Below, piece by piece: positions 38,370-47,084 of a stretch of DNA of 64,000 nt. The stretch covers positions 14,375 through 78,374 of the forward strand of contig CANNDT010000004.1 in the NCBI GenBank assembly GCA_947503365.1, given 5' to 3'. The position numbers and the translations under genes are program-made. The first letter of the stretch is position 1; the number at the start of each line of letters is the position of its first letter. The notes under the pieces are model-generated. The model made no database searches, was not told the DNA's origin, and worked only from the letters and a program-made list of their open reading frames with translations. Source of the stretch: Acidobacteriota bacterium. Its GTDB lineage: Bacteria > Acidobacteriota > Vicinamibacteria > Vicinamibacterales > UBA2999.

Positions 38370-38762
38370 CTATTCCTTGGCGGCTGGCTTGGCCGAAGGG
38401 GTGCTGTCGGTCTTGCTCGCGGTGTCGCTCTTGGTTGTCTCGCTCTTCCCTGAGTCGCCTTTGCCGGAATCGCTTTTCGCGGCGTCAGTTTTCGCAGCGT
38501 CGGTTTTCGCAGCGTCGCCACTCGCCGCCGAATCGCTTTTCGCGGTCTTCTCGCTCCCACCCGCGTCAACGGTCCCTTTCTTCGCGTAGTCGGTGATGTA
38601 GAACCCAGATCCCTTGAACTGGATCGCCGGCGATGACAGCAGGCGCCGCACCGGCCCCTTGCCGCACTTGCGGCACACCTCGACGGCCGCATCAGAAAAT
38701 GACTTCTGGATGACCTCGAACCGCTGGCCGCACGCCTCGCACTCGTACTCATAGAGGGGCAC
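38370..38762 (-). CDS. FmdB-family zinc-ribbon protein with a low-complexity K/D/A/S tail
   Basis: GTG 38762 starts (M)PLYEYECEACGQRFEVIQ...CRKCG (CxxC...CxxC). The tail contains the AAKTDAAKTDAAKSD repeats. Confidence 0.75.
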   Translation of the reverse strand: MPLYEYECEACGQRFEVIQKSFSDAAVEVCRKCGKGPVRRLLSSPAIQFKGSGFYITDYAKKGTVDAGGSEKTAKSDSAASGDAAKTDAAKTDAAKSDSGKGDSGKSETTKSDTASKTDSTPSAKPAAKE

Positions 38763-38766
38763 GTGA

Positions 38767-40479
38767 CTACTCCAGCACCGCGTCCGCGTTGTCACCGAGC
38801 AGGAGCTGGCGGTGCGCCCAGAAGGGGGCGCTCCCCTGCTGCAGCACCGCATCGTGGAACGTCTTGAGCGAGAACTTCCCGCTCTGGCGTTCCTTGTAGT
38901 CGTTGCGAAGTTTCAGCATCATCAGCTTCCCTGCCGAGTAGACCAGATAGGTCGGATCGAATGTGCCGCGCTCGGCTTCCCGGCGCGCGGTGGCTTCCTC
39001 GAGGAACGCCTCGTCTCTGAAGAACCGCATCCCCTGCTCCACCGACAGGTCTTCGCAGTGCAGACGGATACAGACGATGAAGCGCGCAAGGCGGACGAGC
39101 GCTTCCCCCAGTTGCCCGAGCTTGAGCGTGGCATCGCCGCGGTGGAAGCCGGCTTCGATCATCATGTGCTCGCAGTAGTGCGCCCACCCTTCGACGAAGG
39201 ACGCTGGTGCGAAGAAGATCGACTTGCGGGTCTTCGACTCGACCTTCCGCAGGTGCTGATAGTGGAGGAAATGCCCGGGGAACACCTCGTGAATCGAGAT
39301 GTTCCAGAGGGTCGGCAGGTTGAAGTCGCGCAGGTGCTCCTTCTGCCGCTCCGCCGGCCAGCTCCGATCGGCGTCGGTGAGATAGTAGTAGGCGCGGCGC
39401 GGCTTTGCTTCGAAGGGCCCTGGCGTCCACATGCTGGCGGAGGCCCAGCGATAGAAATCCGGTGAGGGCGCCACCACCACTGGCTCGCCATCGGGAATCG
39501 ACACGATCGCCTGACGCTGGAGAAACTCCTCGAGTTCCTTCACCTGCGCCTGCGCGGTCTTCACGAGTTCGCCGGTCGCGGGCTGCTGCTCCTTCATGGC
39601 GCGCCAGGCCGCCATCGGATCGGCGCCATTCATCTTGCCGGCGACCGATCGGAACTCCTCCTGCACCAGGTGCAACTCGCGCTCGGCGATGGCGAGCAGG
39701 CGGTCGGCGCTGAGGGAAAGTCCCTCGTCCAGCTTCAGCTTGCGCTCGAACTTCTCGCGACCGAGACGGAACGACGCCTTCGCGCGCGGCGCGAGGTCGG
39801 TTTCGAGAAACTCGATATAGCCCTTGATGGCCGCGGCGGCTTCGGTCGATGTGTCGGCGAGGTCGCCGAGGATGTGCAGGTCGTCGAGTGAGGAAAAGGC
39901 GCGCGGCAGATCGGACTCGATGAACTTCAGCGCCCCCCGCCACGTTTCGAGGCCGACCTTGACGAAGATGCCAGGGCACTCCTTGACGTTGTCGCGCGCG
40001 GCCTGCACCAGCCGCGGCACCTGCCGAAGCTTCGAGGCGACGCGGCGGGCCCGCTCCGCTTCCGGCGCGTAGGCAAAGAGCGCCTGCGTCGCGAGGCTGG
40101 TGCCGATGATCTCGGCGTAGAGCTGCGGGCTGCGCTCCGCCGGACGGATCTGCTCGAGGTCGAACATCCGCCCTTCGACATCGGCCGCCAGAATCCCGTG
40201 GTCGACGCGGTCGGACGGGGAGAGGTGCTGCGAATCGATCTGGTGAAGCCGACGCGAAAAACCCGCCAGTGCCCGTACGTGGGCATCGGTCGCCGTCCGG
40301 CTCAGATCCTCCAGCAGGTCGTCATGCAGGTGGACGCCGTCCAGGCTGGCGTTACTCGGGTGCACCTCGTGGAGGTACGCGAGATAGTCGTCGACGAAAT
40401 GGGGAAAGGGCTCCGATGGGTGCATGCGACTGTCATGGCGGCGCTCTGTCTCGTCTGTCGGTGAGCGCGCATCCCGCAA
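38767..40479 (-). CDS. DUF885 family protein (metallopeptidase-like fold)
   Basis: 570 aa. IHEVFPGHFLHYQH is characteristic of DUF885. Confidence 0.85.
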   Translation of the reverse strand: MRDARSPTDETERRHDSRMHPSEPFPHFVDDYLAYLHEVHPSNASLDGVHLHDDLLEDLSRTATDAHVRALAGFSRRLHQIDSQHLSPSDRVDHGILAADVEGRMFDLEQIRPAERSPQLYAEIIGTSLATQALFAYAPEAERARRVASKLRQVPRLVQAARDNVKECPGIFVKVGLETWRGALKFIESDLPRAFSSLDDLHILGDLADTSTEAAAAIKGYIEFLETDLAPRAKASFRLGREKFERKLKLDEGLSLSADRLLAIAERELHLVQEEFRSVAGKMNGADPMAAWRAMKEQQPATGELVKTAQAQVKELEEFLQRQAIVSIPDGEPVVVAPSPDFYRWASASMWTPGPFEAKPRRAYYYLTDADRSWPAERQKEHLRDFNLPTLWNISIHEVFPGHFLHYQHLRKVESKTRKSIFFAPASFVEGWAHYCEHMMIEAGFHRGDATLKLGQLGEALVRLARFIVCIRLHCEDLSVEQGMRFFRDEAFLEEATARREAERGTFDPTYLVYSAGKLMMLKLRNDYKERQSGKFSLKTFHDAVLQQGSAPFWAHRQLLLGDNADAVLE

Positions 40480-40502
40480 TAGTACAATAACCGCCCCTGC
40501 GA

Positions 40503-41348
40503 ATGACCGGCACGCTGTTCCTCGTCGCCACGCCGATCGGGAACCTCGAGGACATCACCCTGCGCGCCCTGCGCGTGCTGCGCGAGGTGGACGTCATCGC
40601 CGCCGAGGACACCCGACGGACGAGCCGGCTGCTGGCTCATCACGGGATCGACACGCCGAGCGTCAGCTTTCACGAGCACAACGCCCGGAATCGCGTGCCG
40701 CAACTGCTCAGTCGTCTGGAGCGGGGCGAGCGGGTGGCGGTGGTGAGTGACGCCGGAACCCCTTCGATTTCCGACCCGGGTCTGGAACTTGTTCAGGCCT
40801 GTATCGAGAAGCGGATTGCCGTCGACCCAATCCCGGGTCCAAGCGCACCGCTGGCTGCCGTCGTCGGCTCAGGTTTCCCTTTGATTCCTTGGACTATTTT
40901 CGGTTTCGCACCAAATAGGTCAAAAGATAGAAAAAGATGGCTGTCGGAGCTGGCGAGGATCCCTCACACGGTCTGTTTCTTTGAGGCTCCGCACAGGGTG
41001 AGGGTGACGTTGACCGAGGCAGTCGATGTGTTGGGTGAAAGACCAATCGTGGTGGCTCGCGAACTCACTAAGGTCCATCAAGAGTTCCTCAGGGGCACCG
41101 CGAAGGAACTCGCGAACGCTCTGATCGCTCCCAAAGGCGAGTTTACGGTCGTCGTCGGACCGGCGCTAGTGCCAGAAATTCAGTCAGACCCTGCGCCAGA
41201 TCGTGTTCTGGCTGATGAGTTTTGGCTTATAACCAATAATGGCGAGGTGGCAAGAAGAGATGCGATCAGCCAAGTTGCCAAGCGGCACAATCGACCTGCC
41301 AGAGACGTGTATGCGGCCGTCGAGCGCCTTAAGTCATCTGTTGAATGA
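40503..41348 (+). CDS. rsmI: 16S rRNA (cytidine1402-2'-O)-methyltransferase
   Basis: GTLFLVATPIGNLEDITLRALRVLREVDVIAAEDTR. The 3' half has markedly lower G+C. Confidence 0.9.
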   Translation: MTGTLFLVATPIGNLEDITLRALRVLREVDVIAAEDTRRTSRLLAHHGIDTPSVSFHEHNARNRVPQLLSRLERGERVAVVSDAGTPSISDPGLELVQACIEKRIAVDPIPGPSAPLAAVVGSGFPLIPWTIFGFAPNRSKDRKRWLSELARIPHTVCFFEAPHRVRVTLTEAVDVLGERPIVVARELTKVHQEFLRGTAKELANALIAPKGEFTVVVGPALVPEIQSDPAPDRVLADEFWLITNNGEVARRDAISQVAKRHNRPARDVYAAVERLKSSVE

Positions 41349-42748
41349 CCAATAACGAGGTGCATGTCGTAGTCCTGGCGGCTGGCCAGGGGACGCGGAT
41401 GAAGTCAGCGCTGCCAAAGGTGCTGCATCCAATCGCCGGCCGTTCTCTGATCGAGCACGTGCTTCGCACGGCCCGGACGGTGTCGCCGGCATCGATCACG
41501 CTCGTCGTGGGACACAAGGCGGAGATGGTGCGAAGCCACCTGGCCACCCAGCCCGACCTTCAGTTTGCGCTTCAGGATCCCCAGCTTGGAACGGCCCACG
41601 CCGTTCAGCAGGCCGAGCCGGCGCTGATGGGGCGCACGGGCACCCTGGTGCTGCTCTCCGGCGACGTTCCGCTGCTGACCCCATCCACGCTCACGAGGCT
41701 CCTGACCGCCCATTCTGCGGCCAGTGCGGCCGCGACCGTCATAACCGCGGTGGTCGAACGCCCTTACGGCTACGGACGCATCGTCCGGCACGACGGCCGG
41801 ATCGCACGCATCGTCGAAGAGCGCGACGCCACGCCGGACGAACGCAGGATCCACGAAATTAACAGCGGCATCTACGCCTTTGACCTGGCGACCTTATTCG
41901 AGGCGCTGCGCGCGGTCGCCTCGCAGAATGCCCAGGGCGAGTACTACCTCACCGATCTGGTGGGAATCTACCGGCGCCGCAAGCTGCCAGTCGAAACACT
42001 GGTCGTCGACAACCCTCAGGAGATCCGCGGCATCAACAGCCGGACGGAACTCGCGGAAGTGAGTAGGATCGTGAGACAGACCAAGAACGAGGAGTTGATG
42101 GCCGCCGGGGTCACCATTGTCGACCCGGCGACGACCTACATCGACCCGGACGTCGAGATCGGTGCGGACACGGTGATACACCCGGGTGTGGTGATCGAGG
42201 GACACACGCGCATCGGGGCCGCCTGCGAGATCCAGGCGCACGTCCGCATCTGCGATTCGGAAATCGCCGATCGGGTCACGATCAACAACTTCTGCCTCAT
42301 CGTTGGTGCGCGGGTTGCAGATGGGGTGTCGGTTGGCCCCTTCGCCCACCTTCGTCCGGAGACGAACGTGGGCGCCGGAGCGAAGATCGGCAATTTCGTG
42401 GAGTTGAAGAAGACGACGCTTGGTGCAGGATCCAAGGCCAGCCATCTGAGCTACCTCGGCGATGCGACCATCGGCGCCAACGTCAACATCGGCGCCGGCA
42501 CTATCACGTGCAACTACGACGGAGAAAAAAAGCACGAGACGGTGATTGAAGACGGCGTCTTCATCGGCAGCGACTCGCAGTTGATCGCCCCCGTGCGTGT
42601 GGGGAAGGGCGCCTACGTCGCCGCCGGCTCGTCGATCACCGGGGATGTCCCCGCCGGCTCACTGGGCATCGCCCGCGGGCGCCAGACGAACGTCGAGGGG
42701 TGGGTGGCTCGCAAGAAGAAAGCTCAGGGCTTAGGCCCCAAGCCCTGA
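41345..42748 (+). CDS. glmU: bifunctional UDP-N-acetylglucosamine diphosphorylase / glucosamine-1-phosphate N-acetyltransferase
   Basis: [20 protein letters not shown]; C-terminal left-handed beta-helix hexapeptide repeats. ATGA overlap with rsmI. Confidence 0.9.
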   Translation: MTNNEVHVVVLAAGQGTRMKSALPKVLHPIAGRSLIEHVLRTARTVSPASITLVVGHKAEMVRSHLATQPDLQFALQDPQLGTAHAVQQAEPALMGRTGTLVLLSGDVPLLTPSTLTRLLTAHSAASAAATVITAVVERPYGYGRIVRHDGRIARIVEERDATPDERRIHEINSGIYAFDLATLFEALRAVASQNAQGEYYLTDLVGIYRRRKLPVETLVVDNPQEIRGINSRTELAEVSRIVRQTKNEELMAAGVTIVDPATTYIDPDVEIGADTVIHPGVVIEGHTRIGAACEIQAHVRICDSEIADRVTINNFCLIVGARVADGVSVGPFAHLRPETNVGAGAKIGNFVELKKTTLGAGSKASHLSYLGDATIGANVNIGAGTITCNYDGEKKHETVIEDGVFIGSDSQLIAPVRVGKGAYVAAGSSITGDVPAGSLGIARGRQTNVEGWVARKKKAQGLGPKP

Positions 42749-42749
42749 G
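42723..42749 (+). repeat. perfect 10-bp stem hairpin (CTCAGGGCTT-aggcccc-AAGCCCTGAG) covering the last codons and stop of glmU
   Basis: Read directly. The TGA stop (42746-42748) lies in the 3' arm, and the glmS ATG follows 11 nt later. Confidence 0.6.
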
Positions 42750-42759
42750 GCCTGTATTT

Positions 42760-44604
42760 ATGTGCGGAATCATCGGCTACATCGGCTCCAAGCCCGTCGT
42801 CCAAGTCCTGATCGAAGGGTTGCGACGAATGGAGTATCGCGGCTACGACTCCGCGGGCGTGGCGCTGGTCAGCCCCGAGGGGATCGCGGTGCGCCGATCG
42901 GCGGGGAAGCTCATCAACCTCGAGAACGCGGTCCGCGATGAGCCGGTCGATGGCCTGTACGGCATCGGCCACACGCGCTGGGCGACGCACGGCCGGCCGA
43001 CGGAGGAGAACGCCCACCCGCACCGCGACTGCACCGGCCGCATTGTCGTCGTGCACAACGGCATCATCGAGAACTACCTGGAACTGAAGAAAGAGCTTCA
43101 GCAACAGGGGCATGTGTTCAAGACCGAAACCGACACCGAAATCGTCGCGCATCTCGTCGAGCGGGAGACGAAGACGGACGGCCTCGAGAACGCCGTGCGC
43201 CGTGCCCTGACGCTGATGCGCGGGATGTTTGCGCTGGTACTGGTGTCGGTCGATGATCCGGAGAAGATCGTCGCCGTCCGCAATGGCCCGCCGATCGTCA
43301 TCGGTCTCGGCAAGGATGAATTCTTTGTCGCGTCCGACGTCCCCGCCATCCTGGCGCACACCCGCGACGTCGTCTTTCTCGGCGACGAGGAGATGGCGAT
43401 CATCACCCGCTCCGGCGTCGAATTCACCGACTACCAGGGGAAGGCGGTGTCCAAGACGACGCAGCGCGTGCTGTGGGACCCGATCGCCGCAGAGAAAGGG
43501 GGCCACAAGCACTTCATGCTCAAGGAGATCTATGAGCAGCCCAGTGCGGCCCGCGACACGATTCTCGGCCGCGTCTCGCTGGAACGTGGACAGATCTTTC
43601 TGCCCGACCTGAGCATCTCTCCGGACGCGTTCAGGGCGCTGCAGAAGGTCACCATCGTCGCGTGCGGCACGTCGTGGCACGCCGGTCTTGTCGGCAAGTA
43701 CCTGATCGAGGCGCTCGCCAGGGTGCCCGTCGAGGTCGACTACGGCTCCGAGTACCGCTACCGCAACCCGATCCTCGCGAAGAATGAACTGACGGTTGTC
43801 ATCACGCAGTCCGGCGAGACGGCCGACACGCTTGCGGCCCTTCGGGAAGCCAAGCGCAAGGGCGCCAGCAGCGTCGCCATCTGCAACGTCGTCGGCAGCA
43901 TGGCCACGCGGGAAGCCGACGGGACGGTCTATACCCATGCCGGCCCAGAGATCGGGGTCGCCTCGACCAAGGCCTTCACCTCGCAGCTGGTCGCACTGCA
44001 GTTGCTCGCGCTCTACATGGCCCAGGTGCGCGAGACGCTCACGAAGACCGAGATTCGCGGCCACATCGAAGAGCTCCTGCAGCTGCCGCAGGTCATCGAG
44101 CAGGCGATCAAAGCGTCGGCAGCGGTGGAGCGCGTCGCGGAGAAGTTCTACAACCGCACCGATTTTCTGTTCCTCGGCCGCGGCATCAACTATCCGATCG
44201 CGCTCGAGGGCGCGCTGAAGCTGAAAGAGATCTCCTATATCCACGCCGAGGGGTACCCGGCGGGCGAGATGAAGCACGGCCCGATCGCGCTGATCGACGA
44301 AAAGATGCCGGTCGTGGCGATTGCGCCCAACGATCATGTCTTCGAGAAGATGATCGGCAACGTGCAGGAAGCCAAGGCGCGCGGTGGGGCAGTGATCGCG
44401 ATTACGACGGAGGGCGATCCGCGCATGGCGGGGGTGCTCGACACCGCCAACGATGTGATCCTGCCGATGCCGGCGACGACGCCGCTCCTCACGCCCGTTG
44501 TGATGACGATCCCGTTGCAACTGCTCGCGTATCACATCGCCGTGCGGCGCGGCTGCGACGTCGATCAGCCGCGCAACCTCGCGAAGTCGGTGACCGTCGA
44601 GTAG
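42760..44604 (+). CDS. glmS: glutamine--fructose-6-phosphate aminotransferase
   Basis: MCGIIGYIG (Cys nucleophile after Met); two SIS domains; canonical C-terminus KSVTVE. Confidence 0.95.
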   Translation: MCGIIGYIGSKPVVQVLIEGLRRMEYRGYDSAGVALVSPEGIAVRRSAGKLINLENAVRDEPVDGLYGIGHTRWATHGRPTEENAHPHRDCTGRIVVVHNGIIENYLELKKELQQQGHVFKTETDTEIVAHLVERETKTDGLENAVRRALTLMRGMFALVLVSVDDPEKIVAVRNGPPIVIGLGKDEFFVASDVPAILAHTRDVVFLGDEEMAIITRSGVEFTDYQGKAVSKTTQRVLWDPIAAEKGGHKHFMLKEIYEQPSAARDTILGRVSLERGQIFLPDLSISPDAFRALQKVTIVACGTSWHAGLVGKYLIEALARVPVEVDYGSEYRYRNPILAKNELTVVITQSGETADTLAALREAKRKGASSVAICNVVGSMATREADGTVYTHAGPEIGVASTKAFTSQLVALQLLALYMAQVRETLTKTEIRGHIEELLQLPQVIEQAIKASAAVERVAEKFYNRTDFLFLGRGINYPIALEGALKLKEISYIHAEGYPAGEMKHGPIALIDEKMPVVAIAPNDHVFEKMIGNVQEAKARGGAVIAITTEGDPRMAGVLDTANDVILPMPATTPLLTPVVMTIPLQLLAYHIAVRRGCDVDQPRNLAKSVTVE

Positions 44605-44714
44605 GCCGGCTGAAGCCGGCCTCCACGTGCGATCCTGCGTACGAAGATCCTGCGTACGTTGATCCTGCGTACGAAGATTCTGCGTACGTAGGGGCCGACT
44701 TCAGTCGGCCCTAC
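44601..44714. repeat. REP/REPIN-like doublet: two GTAG-headed hairpins flanking a 4 x 15-bp tandem array
   Basis: GTAG-GCCGGC-TGAA-GCCGGC (44601-44621); GATCCTGCGTACGAA x4 (44631-44690); GTAGGGGCCGAC-TTCA-GTCGGCCCTAC (44688-44714). Confidence 0.7.
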
Positions 44715-44723
44715 AATGGAGGC

Positions 44724-46991
44724 TTGGATCTCCTCTCCAGCCTCAACCCCGAACAACAGGAGGCGGTCCTTCACACGGAAGGACCGCTTCTGATTCTGGC
44801 CGGTGCCGGATCGGGCAAGACCCGGGTTATCGCACACCGCATCGCTCACCTGGTCAGCTCCGGTATCGCCGATCCGGGACGCGTCCTCGCTGTCACCTTC
44901 ACGAACAAGGCGGCGCAGGAGATGCGGACGCGTGTCGAGACGCTCCTGCAGGTCGACTGCCGGCAGATGTGGATCTCGACGTTTCACGCGCTGTGCGCGC
45001 GCCTCCTGCGCCGGGAAGCACCCCACATCGGCCTGTCGCGCGACTTTGTCATCTACGATTCGACCGATCAGCTCAGCGTGATGAAACAGGCGCTGAAGCA
45101 GATCGGCACCGACGACAGCAGCCTCGCGCCGCGCCTCGCGCTCTCGCGGATCAGCCATGCCAAGAACCGGATGGAAGGGCCCGAGACCTTCACCGCGAAC
45201 TCCTGGAACCCTCGCGAGGAACAGATCGGCAAGCTCTTCGCGATCTACGTGAAGGCCTTGAAGGAGGCCAACGCGCTCGACTTCGACGATCTCCTCCTCA
45301 AGACGGTGGAGCTGTTCGAGACGTCGGAACACGTCCGCGATCGCTATGCCGAGAAGTTCCAGTTCCTGATGGTCGATGAGTACCAGGACACCAACCGTCC
45401 GCAGTACCTGCTCGTGCAGCGCCTGGCCGCCCGGCACCGGAATCTGGCGGTCGTCGGCGACCCGGATCAGTCGATTTACAAGTGGCGCGGCGCCGATCTC
45501 AAGAACATCCTTGATTTCGAGCGCGATTTTCCAGAAGTCAAGGTCGTCAAGCTCGAACAGAATTACCGGTCGACCCAGGTGATCCTCGATGCCGCGTCCG
45601 GTGTCATTGCCCAGAACCGCAATCGCAAGGAGAAGCGCCTCTTCACCGAACGAGAGGGCGGCGCCAAGATCCTGCTGTACCGCGCCGCGGACGACCTCGA
45701 CGAGGCCGAGTACATCGCCCGGAGCGCACGAGCGGCGCTTCATGACGACGTCGAGAACACGGTCGCGATTCTGTACCGGACCAATGCCCAGTCGAGAACA
45801 CTGGAAGACGCCCTGCGCAGAGCCGGGACGGCGTACAAGATCATCGGCGGTGTCCGCTTCTACGAGCGCAAGGAGGTCAAGGACGCCCTCGCTTACCTGA
45901 AGCTGGTCCTGACTCCCCACGACAACGTTAGCCTGCGGCGGGTCATCAATGTGCCCGCGCGCGGCGTCGGGAAGGGCGTGATGGAGTCGCTCGAGGCGGT
46001 TGACCTGCCAACCGACGCTGACGTGCCGCCCCTCCTGTCAGGGCTTCAGCCGGCGGCCACCAACGACTCGCTTTGGGTGCGTCTCGTTCACGCCGTCGAC
46101 AAGCGGCTCCTCGCGCCGCGTGCCCTCACCTCGCTGACCACGTTCCGCGATCTGCTGGCGTCGCTCACGGCAATCGCCAGCCAGGAGTCGGTGTCTGTGG
46201 TCCTCGCCAAGGTCCTCGACCAGAGCGGTTATCTGCGGGATCTGCGCGAAGAACACAGCGAAGAAGCCGAGGGGCGCATCGAGAACCTGGCGGAGCTGGT
46301 GTCGGCAGCACGTGAGTACGAAACTCGGAGTCCGGAGCCGTCGCTCGGCGGCTTCGTCGATCAGCTCTCGCTCCTGTCGGACGCTGATGAGCAGTCGGGC
46401 ACCCAGAACGCCAGGGTGCTGATGATGACGTTGCATAGCGCCAAGGGGCTCGAGTTCCCGGTCGTCGTCATCAGCGGTCTCGAGGAGGGACTCTTCCCGC
46501 ACTCCCGCTCCGCGGACGATGAGGCGGAACTGGAGGAGGAGCGACGCCTCTGCTACGTCGGGATCACCCGCGCTGAACGCCGGCTGGTACTTACGTCCGC
46601 CGCCAGGCGCCGGGTGTTCGGCGAGTATCAGTCATCGGAGCCCTCGCGCTTCATCGAAGAGATCCCACCCGCGCTTATTGAAGAGGTTCCGTCGAACTTC
46701 GTCTCGCCGTACTCCTCGTCTTTTTCGCAGTACCGATCGTCGGGGTACGGGAAGGGCAGCGGCTACCGCGGCCGCACGCGCGAGGAGACGCCGTCGTATT
46801 CGTACGAGGATGAGGATCAGTCAGTACCCGGGGGCCTGAAGCCTGGACTGCGCGTCAAGCATGCGCAGTTCGGGATCGGCACGGTGCTGAGCGTCGAGCC
46901 TCTCGACGACGACACCAAGCTCGTCGTCCGGTTCAACACCGTCGGGCAGAAGACGCTCCGCGCGAAGTTCGCGAAGCTGGAAGTCGCGTAG
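44724..46991 (+). CDS. pcrA: ATP-dependent DNA helicase PcrA/UvrD
   Basis: LLILAGAGSGKTRVIAHR (Walker A), VDEYQDTN, and a C-terminal Tudor-like tail. TTG start. Confidence 0.9.
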   Translation: MDLLSSLNPEQQEAVLHTEGPLLILAGAGSGKTRVIAHRIAHLVSSGIADPGRVLAVTFTNKAAQEMRTRVETLLQVDCRQMWISTFHALCARLLRREAPHIGLSRDFVIYDSTDQLSVMKQALKQIGTDDSSLAPRLALSRISHAKNRMEGPETFTANSWNPREEQIGKLFAIYVKALKEANALDFDDLLLKTVELFETSEHVRDRYAEKFQFLMVDEYQDTNRPQYLLVQRLAARHRNLAVVGDPDQSIYKWRGADLKNILDFERDFPEVKVVKLEQNYRSTQVILDAASGVIAQNRNRKEKRLFTEREGGAKILLYRAADDLDEAEYIARSARAALHDDVENTVAILYRTNAQSRTLEDALRRAGTAYKIIGGVRFYERKEVKDALAYLKLVLTPHDNVSLRRVINVPARGVGKGVMESLEAVDLPTDADVPPLLSGLQPAATNDSLWVRLVHAVDKRLLAPRALTSLTTFRDLLASLTAIASQESVSVVLAKVLDQSGYLRDLREEHSEEAEGRIENLAELVSAAREYETRSPEPSLGGFVDQLSLLSDADEQSGTQNARVLMMTLHSAKGLEFPVVVISGLEEGLFPHSRSADDEAELEEERRLCYVGITRAERRLVLTSAARRRVFGEYQSSEPSRFIEEIPPALIEEVPSNFVSPYSSSFSQYRSSGYGKGSGYRGRTREETPSYSYEDEDQSVPGGLKPGLRVKHAQFGIGTVLSVEPLDDDTKLVVRFNTVGQKTLRAKFAKLEVA

Positions 46992-47084
46992 CCGCAACGC
47001 AAAGCTGAAGCTTTGCGCCACAGAAGCGTACGTAGGGCAACTCTTCAGTTCGTACGTGGGGCAAAGCTTCAGCTTTGCCTAGGG
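46988..47084. repeat. REP/REPIN-like doublet, variant stems (CGCAAAGC-TGAA-GCTTTGCG ... GGCAAAGC-TTCA-GCTTTGCC)
   Basis: It fills the whole gap between convergent pcrA and gyrA and shares the CGTACGTAG core and the TGAA/TTCA loops with the other copies. Confidence 0.6.

Noticed and set aside
42749-42759. glmS ribozyme upstream of glmS.
   Set aside because: Only 11 nt separate the glmU stop from the glmS ATG, which leaves no room for the ribozyme fold.
44631-44690. Four 15-bp direct repeats as a possible CRISPR array.
   Set aside because: The repeats are contiguous with no spacers, are too short, and are embedded between two hairpins of a palindromic repeat family. No cas genes are present.
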